Notes: generated from the letters alone by a model not told the origin. A stretch of 63,520 nucleotides of DNA, filler included, from Parasitella parasitica NRRL 2501 (GCA_025201805.1; 4 parts of 4 records of this genome joined end to end with filler, not necessarily neighbours in it); one strand, 5' to 3'; positions 48,052 through 61,834 are shown, counted from the first letter of the whole stretch. Program-made: numbers and translations.

Positions 48052-49742
48052 TCCAGCAAGTCTCTCTCATTTTTTTACCATAATTTTTCATCGTTTTCAG
48101 ATGTTTTTTGATAACATTTTTCATTCTTACAAGTCGGAGGGGAGTAGCTGGTACTCAAGAACTTATTTCATATAAGTAACAATTTAATTTATAAATTTTA
48201 CACTCACTTGCAATAAACCAACCATCGCGGTCACTATTTCTAGTTTATCTAAGGAAACTAAGATCCTTTCTCAATACAGCACGAAAATTACCTTGTAAAA
48301 GTTTTAGACACGGCTTTAAAAGAACGTGATTCAAATATTGTTAAGAGAGTGCGAATTCGGACTACGATATTGAACGAGTAATCGGGTTGAATGAGTATAA
48401 TGCCCAATTTCCGCCATGATTAAGTCGACTGGCATCAAGAAAGTTACTACAAAGGGTCTGATATACGGACGCTAGTACAAAGGCTCGGCACTTCCAGCAC
48501 AAAGAACTGATCGAATTAATCAAAATTCGATATTGTATGCAATGATTCTGGTACTAGACAGAGATCCACCAAATCAATAAAAGGTTCGATGAAAATCATA
48601 TTCTCGAGGAGTGAAACAAAATTAAGGTAAGTTTTGTTTGTTGAGGGACTTTTTAGAAGTATGACCTCTCGCGGTAAAGAAGTCAATAAATGTAAAGGTG
48701 ACCACACCAGACATTGTCTTCAAATAAACAAAATCTACGTATTATATACTCCAATGTAAGACAAAAATGATAGTGGCTTTCAAAATTAGGAAAAATTGGA
48801 TTTGTGACTGTTCATTTACATTGCAAGTGACTTTACATCAAGTTGGCTCATATCTTATTGCATCATCTGGGAATGCGTTATAAAACAATTTGATGGTATA
48901 TTCAGCGCTAAACCACACCAAGTATTGTTATAGCTGTAAACGAACATTGAATCCTTTATAAAGTATATAAATAGAAGAGCATATTATCCTGTCCTAACAT
49001 CTAGATGCTAGATTTAGTATTTGAATAAAGCTATCAAGTCTCAACAACTACTCAGAGCTTGTCAAAATTCAACCGGTTATGCTTTCTGCCAAACCAAAAG
49101 AGGGGTGTCCGGCCACTCTTCTGTAATGTGTTGTATTGATGACACTGAGCGCATCCTATTTTCTACACATGTTGATTTTAATACTTTATATTTTTCACAA
49201 GATCATACAAGTCTTGTTGAGATCTATTTGGTGTTCTAGCTCAGTACGGCTTTTGTTGTCGTCATAGCTCGCAAGATGAAATGCAAAAAAGTCACAAGAA
49301 AAAGTGTATTTATACCGCTGTAAAATTTTTTATTCGTNNNNNNNNNNNNNNNNNNNNNNNNNNNNNNNNNNNNNNNNNNNNNNNNNNNNNNNNNNNNNNN
49401 NNNNNNNNNNNNNNNNNNNNNNNNNNNNNNNNNNNNNNNNNNNNNNNNNNNNNNNNNNNNNNNNNNNNNNNNNNNNNNNNNNNNNNNNNNNNNNNNNNNN
49501 NNNNNNNNNNNNNNNNNNNNNNNNNNNNNNNNNNNNNNNNNNNNNNNNNNNNNNNNNNNNNNNNNNNNNNNNNNNNNNNNNNNNNNNNNNNNNNNNNNNN
49601 NNNNNNNNNNNNNNNNNNNNNNNNNNNNNNNNNNNNNNNNNNNNNNNNNNNNNNNNNNNNNNNNNNNNNNNNNNNNNNNNNNNNNNNNNNNNNNNNNNNN
49701 NNNNNNNNNNNNNNNNNNNNNNNNNNNNNNNNNNNNNNAAAA

Positions 49743-49778
<36 letters not shown>

Positions 49779-52479
49779 GAAAAATTGATGATAGTTTGGT
49801 AACATGATTTGGGAGAGCATACTAGTATAGGTCCCCGTCCTCTCTCCTGGATGCTCTATTTCATAGAGTAACTAAAGTACTAGTAGTTTTTTATAAAAAT
49901 AATAAAAATGAAAAAAAGACAAAAAAAAAGAGAAAAACTTTGATTGTTGGGAGCATGAATATGGGAAGGCATACTGGCATGGGTCAACGTCCTCACTGTT
50001 TCATACAGTACCAACAGTTCTAGTAGTTTCTTTTACATTAATATCATAAATGAAAATTTTTTTCTTAACAATAAATATTTGTCATGTAGTATGGCTTAAG
50101 GGTACTGTCGTAGCGAGCTGTTTCTTTTAGACTAACTATATACTACTGTTGACTTATCCAGTACAACTGTTCCAGTATGTTGTCTTTATTGCGGTAAAGG
50201 AGAACATTCACACACTTCTCACAGGAGTTGCGCCAGGAATATTTCTAGTTTGGAAACCAAACCTTTCGATGCTGCTGATGTTATAACAGCTATTAAATAC
50301 GGTAGGCCTTCACTGCGATAGAAAATTTTCCTACTCACAGGAACTTTGCCAGGAATTCTTCTAATTTGAAAAGTAACTTTACCGATGCTACTGATGTATC
50401 AGCGCCTACTCGTGTCATTTGCCCTCATTGTTGCAAAGGTGCGCATTTATAGAAACTGCCCCGCAAATCCAGTATCAATATATATTTGGATGCTACGCAA
50501 AAAAAAAAAAAAAACAATACTGCACGGTAACCCACTTTGCCGAAAGTTTCAAGGCATTGTGTGGAGCGTCTAAGTGGATTTCAGAACGGAAAAGCAATTC
50601 CAATGTGCCAGAGCCTATCTTTCGAAAAACACCGTACGTTGTGGAGCTGGGAAAGCGATGGTTGGATTATAGCAGATTTGCTTACTTAAAGAATGAGTGT
50701 AGGTTAATACTACCAGGTACAGTACTTTTTTTTTGCGATGCAGATGAAATTGCTGCTAGTTCAAAAGAAATGACAACCAGAGAGATGCCAAGCTTCAGTA
50801 ACTGCAAGAGGAGACAATTACTCAGAACATGAGAGAAAACATCATAGATTAAAGAGTGACATAGATCATTGGCATTCCAACGAGAGATAGACATAGGAGA
50901 GGGGTAGACTGGGTTATTTTCGAGTTCCTTTCGCTGGGATATTCAACCAGCAAAGACAAAGTATTTTCCAACGCCATCAGTTCAGCCTCGCATTTTTTCT
51001 GAGGCAGAAGAGACACCATATGGGACCTGTCGACCAGTTTAAGCAAAAGGGCACGAAGGTTAGATCCAGCATAGAAGATTTATTGCCTAGGTGAGTACGC
51101 ATAGCCGCATATTCACATGTACAGTAGGCACCTTAATTGTCTGTGACGCCTGGGTTTGATTAATGTTATTTTAGACATGGCTTTGAAAAAAAACTTGTTT
51201 GAATAAAGATTCTCAAAATTCACACCGGGAGACTTGTTTGGCTTGCCAAAGAGCTAGCCTAAACTTTTAATGTTCTACTAAATGTTGATTTTCAACAAAT
51301 ACGCTCCTTATCCAAAGCTGAAGGACAGCGATGATACGTGCGATACATCAATTCACGTTTATCAGTATTCTAAAACCTTTTATGATCAGGTCCAAAGAAA
51401 AACAAGTCAGAATAAAACCAACTGAAAAAGATAGGGAGGGGAGATCTAGAGAGGAGGCAAAAGGCAACGACACTACATTTTTACTGTGGCAATCGAAAAT
51501 GCTACTTACATTCTGCCCACGACGACAATCGTCAATAGTAGACGTGCCCTGGGCTAACTGGTATTACAAATCATTCAACTCGTTGTCAGCACAATATTTT
51601 TGGGAAAATTACTACTACGGGATTCGGTGTCATAATCATCAACTAAATTTACCCATTCTAGCGTTGAGGTCACCATAAATAATTGTATCATGATTCAGAA
51701 GGATTGCATTAAGACAGCAAAGCCCTCAGCAGTAAAAAAAAAATACAACTTGTTTAGGCGGAAATATAAAAGCAGATAAGCTGAAGCTCACGACCCAAGT
51801 GGAAATTTATGCAAGGCAGAAAGCAGTAAGGGGACAATAATAGGGATTCATCAAACATAACATACCTCTGGGGCGCCAACTGTTGTATCCATATAGAGAC
51901 TAAATATGTCATACCTAACATAATTACTATATTGCGCTCATGATATTTGTTGTTGGAACTTTTTTTACAATTAAGGAATAAACTACAAGTTGTAATTGAA
52001 CCTCTTACAAGATTCTGGGCTTATTCAACGCTTACAACAAGATCAAATTGAGGGATATTGGGAGATCTCTCTTACCCAATCTTCTCTCTAATAAGTATAG
52101 GTCTGTCCTGGAAATGCTGTGATTTAATAAAGTCTGACACTCCCTCTAAAACAAACTAATTTTTGCGCCCTCCACAAGGTTCAAGACACTTGCTTGCGCA
52201 TGGGACTTTGGGGTTCATTGCGCGGCCTTTTCTTTGGACTTTCGCCATATGACTTACCTGCCGTCGATGAAGCAGCAAGCCGCGATTATCGTGACACAAT
52301 GTTGCCTGCGCTCACTGTTCCTTCCTGCGGATGGTTTGATCTCACTGTTGTCTGCCTCGCTGCAATACATTTCCTTGCCATAGTTGAAAAAGCAGCAAAT
52401 AACAGCCAGTGCTCTTGAAATAAGACCCAGTTGCTAAGCAACGTCAAGAATGGCATTCCGAGTCCCTGAAATAAATTAC

Positions 52480-52771
52480 TAATTTGTGCCTTCCTCCCTA
52501 CTATTGGTGTTGGTCCTGTGATATACTGTATGCGTCTGCCAGCCAACTTGTTTGTTACAGCATGGGCTGGCTGCCTGGAAAGCCTCGACCTTTTGTTCTT
52601 CCAACACTGATCACACATCCCGCCGCTCTATCTACTGGAATGCTCCAAGATCTCACCTGGTCTTCTCTTTTCTCTGTTACTAGTATCGACCACCACGTTC
52701 TAAATCTAGTACCAAATTCTTCTCCATTCTTTTCCAGCTTACCATGGCCAACTTGTGCAATTCAATTCTAA
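52480..52771 (+). pseudogene. Degenerate LINE 3' fragment
   Basis: SQLVCYSMGWLPGKPRP shares the GWLPGKP motif with the 47650 fragment. Confidence 0.5.
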
Positions 52772-53225
52772 CTACTGATGACTCTTTAGCAACTAGGTAT
52801 CTAAGATACGGCAAGTACAGTCTAGCCCGAAAGTATTGTATGTACTACAAAAATAAATGACAATTACAAATAAATGATTGTTGGTCGTACCTATAAAATC
52901 CTCAACTGCCTCCAGAGCCACGCTTTATTTCCTATGCATAAAAATAAAAAAGTTTTCAAATCGCTTTCTTCCGTATAATTTTCAAAACCACACACCGTGG
53001 TGTCGATTATGAAATATATCGAAAACGAACCACATTTCGTCACAGCAGCGGAGGCATTAGGACTATTCAAAAGACTCCAAATTGAAGAACGCACGAGAAG
53101 GAAAACCAAAAGACAAGGCTCTGAATTACCAATGCTAATATCCAAAAATTTGGATACCACGGCAACATACGAGCTCTAAGAAGAGTTCACATGATTAAAA
53201 AAACAGGTGGCCAAGTACAAAAATA

Positions 53226-56200
53226 CACTATGGCCTCCTGGATGTTCTCGGTGAACATAAATGTGCTCAAATGGGAACATTATTAGGGTCATGGGAGTAT
53301 TTATGTGCTTGTGAGAACTTAAATAATTTTGCCACAGAATGTGCGTTTATAAAAAAAAAAGTTGAGATAGCTCATTTTCAATGATATAATATTATTTCTG
53401 AGACATTTCGGTTTTTTTTGTGCTGGTAGTAACATTTGCTACCAAATATTTGTTGAGATATTGCATTCCAAAGATCGCATCTGTTTTCAGTAAAAGTTTA
53501 TCACTATGGCGTCGGCGATGTTCTTATGAGAATATTGATGTGCATGCACGGGAACATTCTTTAAAGCCAAAAAAAGTGCTTATCGAGCTAGGTTAAGGCG
53601 ATAAATGTGCTCATGCGAGAACAAAAATTGAAACATCTTATGATCACATTTTTATGCTCAAATGAGCACATAAATTACTAGTTTCATAGGCTTAAAATTA
53701 CGCTCAAAAGGCTTGAAAAAACGTGCTCATGAAGCGAAAATGTGCCCGTAAACTCAAAAAAATGTGCTTAAAAAAGTAAAATTTGCGTACAAAAATGTAG
53801 CTTTAGCTTTTGTTTATTTCTCAATTTTTGTAGTATGAACCAGTAATTTATTATCGCGTTAATTTCATATCGCCACATACAGTATTGTCTTGATTATGTA
53901 GCCTTCGGTTGACACAGGCAATGATGGAGAACAATGCAAGATTAGCTATTACCCGATTCGAAATTGAAGCAGCTACTGAGGTATTTGTTATATAAAAAAA
54001 AAAAAAAGCGCGTCAGTAAAATAAATTTTGTTCACGACAATAACAAATAACCACCCACATTGATTGTGAAAAGAGATGATACACTAGATCATATATAATA
54101 CTCGAAAAAAGAAGCAAGGAGGCAGCATCTTGAAAAAAAAGTAGCAAGATTTAACTTCATAACATCTAGAATCCAGGGCAAAAATGAGCGACAAACCTAT
54201 CGTATTATCGTATATGTTCAGATACTGGGCACAAAATTATACCTGTAGCATGCCTAAATAATAGAAGAAATCTAATTTTAGTGTATATTAATAAAGCAAT
54301 AGAAGCAAGCCAAAAAGTATTCAGTACTACCTTGACATTGACACCCAAACGAAGTAATAATGCAAAAAAGTGATTCATACATAGTATTTATCTTTAGCTA
54401 TTGCCTATATTCAGCAGTAAAAGAAGTCAGTCATATAGTTGCTACAAACAATTTAATGCACATAGCAATAATACCATGCTCTCATATGAAAAATTAAACT
54501 AAGCAGCGCCTCTATATATTATAGACAAAAGGATTAGTAGTCTGTTAGAATAAACTCGAATACATACAATGATAATAGCAAAACACAAAATATGTTGCTT
54601 ATCATTTCTTCACACAAAGCTATACTGCAAGCTGTTCCTTAATAAAAGAGAAGCTACAATTTTTTATGATGAAACTACAGATACGTGAAGACGTTATTAC
54701 TCTGTATAATGTACTTATATTTGGCACAAATGTGCTAATATTGTGTGATTTTTAAGTTAAAATACCAGTTCATAAAGTTGTAAAAAGATAGATAAAACAG
54801 AAGAAAAGGTCAACGAGAGCTAACAAAGAAGCTAAAATATGCATTCGGTCATCACAATATGCAATGTTTTGGGCTAAGCATGCAGAAAGAAGCCAATGGA
54901 AAAACACCGCTTCAAGAGGTCATCTCAACAATTGAAAGCAACCATGTAAAAACAAAATATATACTTTATTCAAGTATATTGCTACTGGTGANNNNNNNNN
55001 NNNNNNNNNNNNNNNNNNNNNNNNNNNNNNNNNNNNNNNNNNNNNNNNNNNNNNNNNNNNNNNNNNNNNNNNNNNNNNNNNNNNNNNNNNNNNNNNNNNN
55101 NNNNNNNNNNNNNNNNNNNNNNNNNNNNNNNNNNNNNNNNNNNNNNNNNNNNNNNNNNNNNNNNNNNNNNNNNNNNNNNNNNNNNNNNNNNNNNNNNNNN
55201 NNNNNNCAAGCACATAAATGCTCCCATGACCCTAATAATGTTCCCTTTTGAGCACATTTGTGTTCACCGAGAACATCCAGGAGGCCATAGTGTATTTATG
55301 CTCTCACGATCATACAAATGTTCATCTGAAAGCAAAAAGTGACGAAGAAATACCTATTTCTAACCAAAGTGTTGTTCAAAATGTTGAAGAAGACGCTGGT
55401 GGTTATAATGCTAGCACCAGTAGCAATATACTTGAATAAAGTATATATTTTGTTTGTACATGTTTGCTTTCAAATTTTGAGATGACCTCTTGTAGCGGTG
55501 TTTTTCCATTGGCTTCTTTCTGCATGCTTAGCCCAAAACATTGCATATTGTGATGACCGAATGCATACTATTTTAGCTTCTTTGTTAGCTCTCCTTGGCC
55601 TTTTTCTTTTCCTTTATCTACCCCTTTACAACTTTATGAACTGGTATTTTAACTTAAAAAACATACAACGTTAGCACATTTGTGCCAAATATAAGTACAT
55701 TATACGGAGTTAAAACATCTTCACGTTACTGTAGTTTTATCATAAGAAATTGTAGCTTTTCTTTTATGAAGGAAAAGCTTGGTATAAGGAAATGATACGG
55801 AACATATTTTGTATATTGCTATTATCATGGTATGTTTTCGAGTTTATTCTAACAAACTATTAATCCTTTTGTCAATAATATATAGAGGCTCTGCTCAGTT
55901 TAGTATTTCATATGAGAGCATGGTATTGCTATGTGCATTAAACTGTGTATAGCAACTAAATGACTGACTACTTTTACTGCTGAATATAGGCAATAGCTAA
56001 AGATGATGCTATGTATGAAATTTTTTTTTTTGCATTATACGTCGTTTGGGTGTCAATGTCAAGGTAGTTTTGAGTACTTTTTGGCTTGCTTCTTTTGGTT
56101 ATTAATATACACTAAAATTAGATTTCTTCTATTATTTAGGCAGGCTACAGGTGTAATTTTGTGCTCAGTATCTGAACATATACGATAATATGAGAGGTTT

Positions 56201-56869
56201 GTTGCTCATTTTTGCCCTGGATTCTAGAAGTTGTTATGAAGCTAAACTTGCTACTTTTTTTCAAGATGCCGCCTCCTTGCTTCTTTTTTCGAGTATTATA
56301 TATGATCTAGTGTATCATCTCTTTTCACAATTAATGTAGGTGGTTATTTGTTATTGTCGTCAACAAAATTTATTATACTCATGCACTTTTCTTGTATATA
56401 GCAAATACCTCAGTAGCTGCTTCAATTTCAAATCGGGTAATAGCTAATCTTGCACTGTTCTCTATTATTGCATGTGTCAACCAAAGGCTACATAATCAAG
56501 ACAATATTGTATATAACGATATTAAATGAAAGCAATAATAAATTACTGGTCCATACTACAAAAATTGAGAAATAAACAAAAGCTACAGCTACATTTTTAT
56601 AAGCAAATTTTACTTTTTTGAGCACATTTTTTTGAGTGTACGGGCACATTTTTTGAAGCTTTTGAGCGTAATATTAAGCTTATAAAACTAGTAATTTATG
56701 TACTCATTTAAGCATAAAAATTTGATCATTTAGGAAGTTTCAATTTTTGTTCTCGCATGAGCACATTTATCGCCTTAACCTAGCTCGATAAGCACTTTTT
56801 TTGGCTCTAAAAAATGTTCCCGTTCATGCACATCTATATTCTTATGAGAACATCGGCGAGGCCATAGTG
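53226..56869. mobile_element. Non-autonomous CACTA (EnSpm) element, outer copy, TSD ATA
   Basis: Termini CACTATGGCCTC...GAGGCCATAGTG, flanked by ATA at 53223-53225 and 56870-56872. Confidence 0.85.
53502..55292. mobile_element. Non-autonomous CACTA element of the same family, nested in inverted orientation, TSD TAT
   Basis: Termini CACTATGGCG...GGCCATAGTG, flanked by TAT at 53499-53501 and 55293-55295. 53502-54990 is the reverse complement of ~55405-56869. Confidence 0.85.
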
Positions 56870-56999
56870 ATAACATCTGGAATAAACAACAAGTTAACAA
56901 GAAACTTAAGAAGTAGAAGTCAGACACCTACAAATTCATCAATTTCATATACAAATAATTGACCAAACAACCAAACCTGCTTTATTTGGGTTCAGCTAA

Positions 57000-57760
57000 G
57001 CAAAATTTCAAAACAATGATGTGAAGGAATATGCCGCAAAAGTCCTCAGATTACGAGCAAGTATGCGAAATAAAGGAAATTTAACGGATGACGAGCTCAC
57101 CGACAACACTTTCAATGCAGAATTTATGGCAGACTTACACCAAGCACATTTTCAAAACGGTTATTATCAAAAAGTGCAAGATGTTATGCGCAGAGGATAT
57201 ATAAATATGATCTGCTCAAAAAAATGTATAACTTTATAAAAATAAAATCAGACACAAAAACTAATAACTTTATTGATAAGAAAATGCCATCTTTTTATAC
57301 TAGATTATATCTATTGTAGCACTATTTGTCATCATGGTTAAACATTGAACTTGTTATGTAATACCAAGTTTATCACATGTTCTACTGTACAATAATAGCT
57401 TATTCCTTGTCATTGTATACAAAGAATTACCAATCTAATAATTGCTTAATCTCATGCCTTTCTGGCACAACACAAGAAATTATCAACAACACGAATAAAG
57501 AAATTGCAGGGGTCCCAACAGAGACTTTACAAGACTTCACTCGAGAGGTTTAAGGGGGAATTTTTGCTCAGGAGGAAACGGACCCGGGAACAGATTCGAC
57601 TGGTAAACCAACCAAGACAACAATCGCACAAACAACAACTACGATTACCTGTAACACAATTGCAACCACAAGCTCCACAAGACTACTTAATTCCAGCAGA
57701 CGGCATCCTTCCGGGGAGTCGCTTGTCCTAATTTTACAGCAATTGGAAAAAGAACATACA
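57000..57760 (+). mobile_element. DIRS-like (tyrosine recombinase retroelement) 5' remnant
   Basis: LPGSRLS*FYSNWKK resembles the GGRLxxFxxxW motif at the start of DIRS RT ORFs, and is preceded by Gag-like Q/R-rich ORF pieces. Includes the repeat shared with 20800-21095. Confidence 0.45.
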
Positions 57761-57769
57761 GTGTTTTGT

Positions 57770-59520
57770 AAATGATTTTGCGCACTATTTTTTTCCATTT
57801 TGCGCCTTACTATTTTTTAGTTTGCGTACCCCCCATATTTTTTGCGCCTCGAGATATCAATTTGCGTACTGGAAGAAATATTTGCGTATCGAGTTTTTAT
57901 TGATTTGTGAGTTAAAGATTTAGTTCACCAGCTAGACATCTGTCGAAGAAAGACATGGAGTGCCTGATATAACCCTGACAGTCTTCGATTGTAACTAGTT
58001 TTGCCGCCTCTGTGATCCTTTTACTAAGATTATCTTTGACTGACACCAGCTTTCACCTTAGCCCAGAATTCCTCGATAGGATTGAGGAACGGGGAATATG
58101 GGGGTAGGTATGCTGCTTCGTATCTGTAATGAAATGGCACCTATTATGTGGCACCACAATTACATTAAAATAAAATCCAGATGGATCATGGCTGATCCAT
58201 CTAAGAAAGAAATACATGAAAAGCACAAGTAAACATTAACAAGTGTTGGTAGAGGCTTGCACTCCTGATCAAAGTACAATCTCCTACAACCCTGGCACAT
58301 GCTAATGGTGAACAACGCTACTCATAATCACAAATAAACAAATTCTAAACATGTATAAACAATGCAGTTGTTAAAACAATTGCAATAATTCTAGATGCCA
58401 GAAATGGCTTGTTTATTACACAATAAGGAAAGCTCAGTCGCATTAGAAGTAATCAGGATCCTCAAATATTACAATCTTGCCCAAAACCATAGTATCAATT
58501 TCAATACGAACATATCGAAATCTCAACTACAATATAAGTGAGAGAATGTCAACAAAAGTTATTCTTCAAATAAGCTGTAAAATAGGCATTCTCACTGTAG
58601 TGAGGCAATTTTACAAAGTAGTATAAATACAAGCTCTCTTAATAAAGAGCATGTATCTTTTCTTCAGTTTTCTTTTAATCGAAAATAAAGATGGAAAGAC
58701 TATAATTGTATTTCTTTGGCTTATTTTTTTACTTTGTTTTATTTTCACATAAAATTGATCCCAATTTTATTGCAGTATCCTCTTTCTTGTGGATGTAATT
58801 TCGAATTTCATCCGTCTTGTGTATGGTTGCGTTGTTCATCACGATGTATCTGCCGGTCATGCCATTCTGATCCAGGGATGTCAAGACGCCATCGAGGAAC
58901 TCTAGAAAATGAATAGCTCTAGCGGCTACCCTTCCATTAACCTCCTCAACTGCTTCCTCTGCAGAATCGTCATTTCTCTTCCGTTTCTTCTTGCCCTTGG
59001 TAGACTTTTTTGTTACCGGCGTTGGTTTTTTTAACGTCAGATCGATAACACCAAGCTCGCATATGGCACCGATAATGGATATTGATACACCTCTGTTTAA
59101 AGGGACAACTTGCTTAGCAGGGGTTCCCTTGATTGACCGTCCAAAGTTTCTTCGAAGACGCATGTTGAATTCAGCTTGCGATTGTTGCCTCCAAGAGAAT
59201 TCATCTTCATGCCTGGAAGACAACCTGGATCCTCCTTGAGCCTGTATTGACGAACATAATGTTGGGCGGTTCTCACCACGATATCTATCAAAATCCCTGC
59301 CTTTCTTGCTGAGAGACCACTGAAGATTACCAAATCTAATAGTGCTTGGATTTGCTGTGGGGTGTATGATCTGTAGTTTCCTCTAACCTGTCTAGCCACA
59401 GTCTTGGGTTTCGTTCCACTCTGTGCCTTCTTCTCTTCCCTCATTTTCGAGACCTCTGCCTTTCGTATGCCTTTCCTATGCCAACAGTATCCATCTCCAT
59501 TAATTGTATCTCTCGTCTTG
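57770..59520 (-). mobile_element. Degenerate Tc1/IS630 element split by a MITE
   Basis: HTH (YRSYTPQQI..RTAQHYV), ISIIGAI and YIVMNNATIH lie at 59444-58780. RGYEAAYLPPYSPFLNPIEEFWAKVK resumes at 58123-58040. tttgcg(t/c)ac subterminal motifs are at 57770-57890. Confidence 0.8.
58124..58775. mobile_element. 652-bp MITE with imperfect TIRs and TAT target duplication
   Basis: The left end CTGTAATGAAATGG..TTATGTG resembles the reverse complement of the right end, CTGCAATAAAATTGG..TTATGTG. TAT flanks both sides, and removing the insert restores GAA AGA GGA TAC GAA (ERGYE). Confidence 0.8.
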
Positions 59521-59534
59521 CTTCTTTCCAGCTT

Positions 59535-60415
59535 GATAAGTCCAGAATCTGTACCATATTAAAAAGGCGTGATCCACGCTTGTCCGTTACAAATCCATCC
59601 GTAAAAAGCATAACAGCAACATCATCAGGACTTTGGAATTTCCCTTGGTCTAGAAATTGCTGATACAATGCACCATCAAAAAAATCTTTGAGATGGTTTG
59701 GTGTTCTTTCATAATTTGCACGATACGCAAGTTTTTCTCTGGTTCTTTGGTTGCTCAACAATTCCGATACAATATCACCAACAGACAAGATCTTCATTCT
59801 TTGGATTGCCCTGCCATTTTGATCAAAATGATCCTTTTCACAACTACTGCAAAATTCTTCATCATCATCCAAGTTGTATAATTTACATCCATTGACGCAT
59901 GTATCATACTCGTGAGCGGTAAAAGCGGCTTTTTTCTGGAGCAGATCATTGACGACAGAACCATGTAAAATATGGGCATCAGGAGCCTCTATTCATAATG
60001 GTATATATTTAGAAACGGTACTCTACAATATAATCCCAATTTATTTAACATACCTTCTATCATAGTGTTATAGTCTCTAATCATAGTATTCATTAAACGC
60101 ACTATTTGACAGTGGCATTCGCGAGGAACAGCATATTCTTCCATAAGATCGGCAAGGTAGATGCTATACAGCTCAAATTTCCTCAAGTCTTGGTACGTAT
60201 GATAATCGTCATAAACACAGTGAGGATCTTCACCACCCACAAATTCACCAAACGTTTTATATGGTATATAGAGTTTAGCTCTTTCAAAGTCAACTTCGAC
60301 ATGATCATTCGGGCGTACATTGTTCTCATCAGGTAAAGTAAAATTGTCATTGAAATCTAATACCACAGCAGACAGGATATATTGTTGGATGTTAGATTTT
60401 GCTGGCAGAATATAC
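59535..60415 (-). pseudogene. CACTA/EnSpm-type (Tnp2/Transposase_21-like) transposase N-terminal fragment
   Basis: HASMDV..FCSSCEK..REKLAYR..LKDFFDGALYQQ..DDVAVMLFTDGF, where DGF is the first catalytic Asp region. Truncated where the Tc1 fragment begins. Confidence 0.7.
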
Positions 60416-60467
60416 NNNNNNNNNNNNNNNNNNNNNNNNNNNNNNNNNNNNNNNNNNNNNNNNNNNN

Positions 60468-61247
60468 TATCAAGCCCACTGTATACAATAGGTTGGATGA
60501 TCTATTCAAAATTTTTCACAGGCAAAAGTATGGTGAGGCTGCACCCCCTTTGGATGACGGTATGATTCAGCATTTGAAGAAACCATATCAGAAGCTAGCT
60601 GCAGATATCTGCCAGCTTATTGCTTCAAAATACACACCTGGGCTTGTCCATTGGGGCAAAGTCGTCAAAGTAGATCGAGCTTACTTTTGCCTCGTATTCG
60701 AAGATGTCGCAGCCAAGAAAATAGAATTTGGAAAAATTCATCGCTGTGAAGCACGTTGGGGAGCAAATGCTTTCTTGACTTTGGGCTTCAAAGCTGTCAG
60801 ACAGAAACATAAGAGGCAACAAAAAAAACTGCAAGCTGCGCAAGATAATGTAATACCATACATCCAATAATATGTGTATATGAATGCTAACAGGAGTCTT
60901 TTTTTTTATACATAGCAGACACCACGCTTTGCAACTTATGATGATGGTGAAAATGCTATTTTAAGCGATGATAGCAACGAATATCAAGACGACGATGGGC
61001 CCTTGATTAATGAACAGTGAGTGCATTTAAAAATCTATGAAATAAATGCGTACCTAAAAAGGCTTTTGTAGACATAACGACGATTCGCTTCGTTCAGATG
61101 GCCAGTTTGCTGTTTTTTCTCCCCTTTCTTCTTTTCCTGCTGGCACAGCCATTTCGCCACCCCCCATACCAATTCCACATGCTCGTACACCTACTCCTCC
61201 AATTCGTCGCCCTGCTCGTAAATCCAGAAGAATAAATCACAATTAAC
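60468..61247 (+). CDS. Partial hypothetical protein, probable second gene of the CACTA element
   Basis: Open frame 60468-60849 (HWGKV..IHRCEARWGANAFL) with two GT-AG introns, an acidic segment and a Pro/Arg-rich tail. Divergent from the transposase across a small gap. Confidence 0.45.
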
Positions 61248-61733
61248 GATTTAAATTGATTAATAGCTAGTAGTGTTCATGATATTTATGCTGATTTTGT
61301 GTAGTGCCATGTGAGGGATTTATGTTGTTGTTCAAGTATGTCATTAATTTTTCATGTTGTATCGCCCTTTATAAAATCAATCTTTTTTTTTGGATAAGTG
61401 TATATTTCAGACCTGATTTTGCTGTTTTTTGGAGCAATTATGTCATATCAAATCCAGTGTCGCATCAAAAAAATGATAATTAAAACGTTGCATCTAAGAC
61501 GACTTATGAAGAATAGCAACGGTCAAACATGTACTATTCATAAGCTTTATAAATGATGAGTTATATACGCTACCACTTTTATTGCCATCGTTAGGCTTTA
61601 AACATCAAATGGCTGCTGCTATAGACTTGGGTAAATAATGCTGCAGCAATGGGTACTTTTTAGTCTGGTTTTAACAGGCTAAATTAGCGTGGAAATTCTT
61701 TTACGTGTCTCTCTTCCACTTTATATTTTTTTA

Positions 61734-61833
61734 NNNNNNNNNNNNNNNNNNNNNNNNNNNNNNNNNNNNNNNNNNNNTTAATTAATTAANNNNNNNNNNN
61801 NNNNNNNNNNNNNNNNNNNNNNNNNNNNNNNNN
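61734..61833. other. Artificial scaffold linker
   Basis: N-TTAATTAATTAA-N. Confidence 0.95.
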
Positions 61834-61834
61834 A

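Noticed and set aside
48200-51700. Short ORFs with faint RT-like words
   Set aside because: Too degenerate to delimit or classify from sequence alone.
53226-53240. CACTATG termini as Transib/RSS-heptamer-like ends
   Set aside because: The TSDs are 3 bp (ATA, TAT), fitting CACTA rather than the 5-bp TSD of Transib, and no RAG1-like ORF is present.
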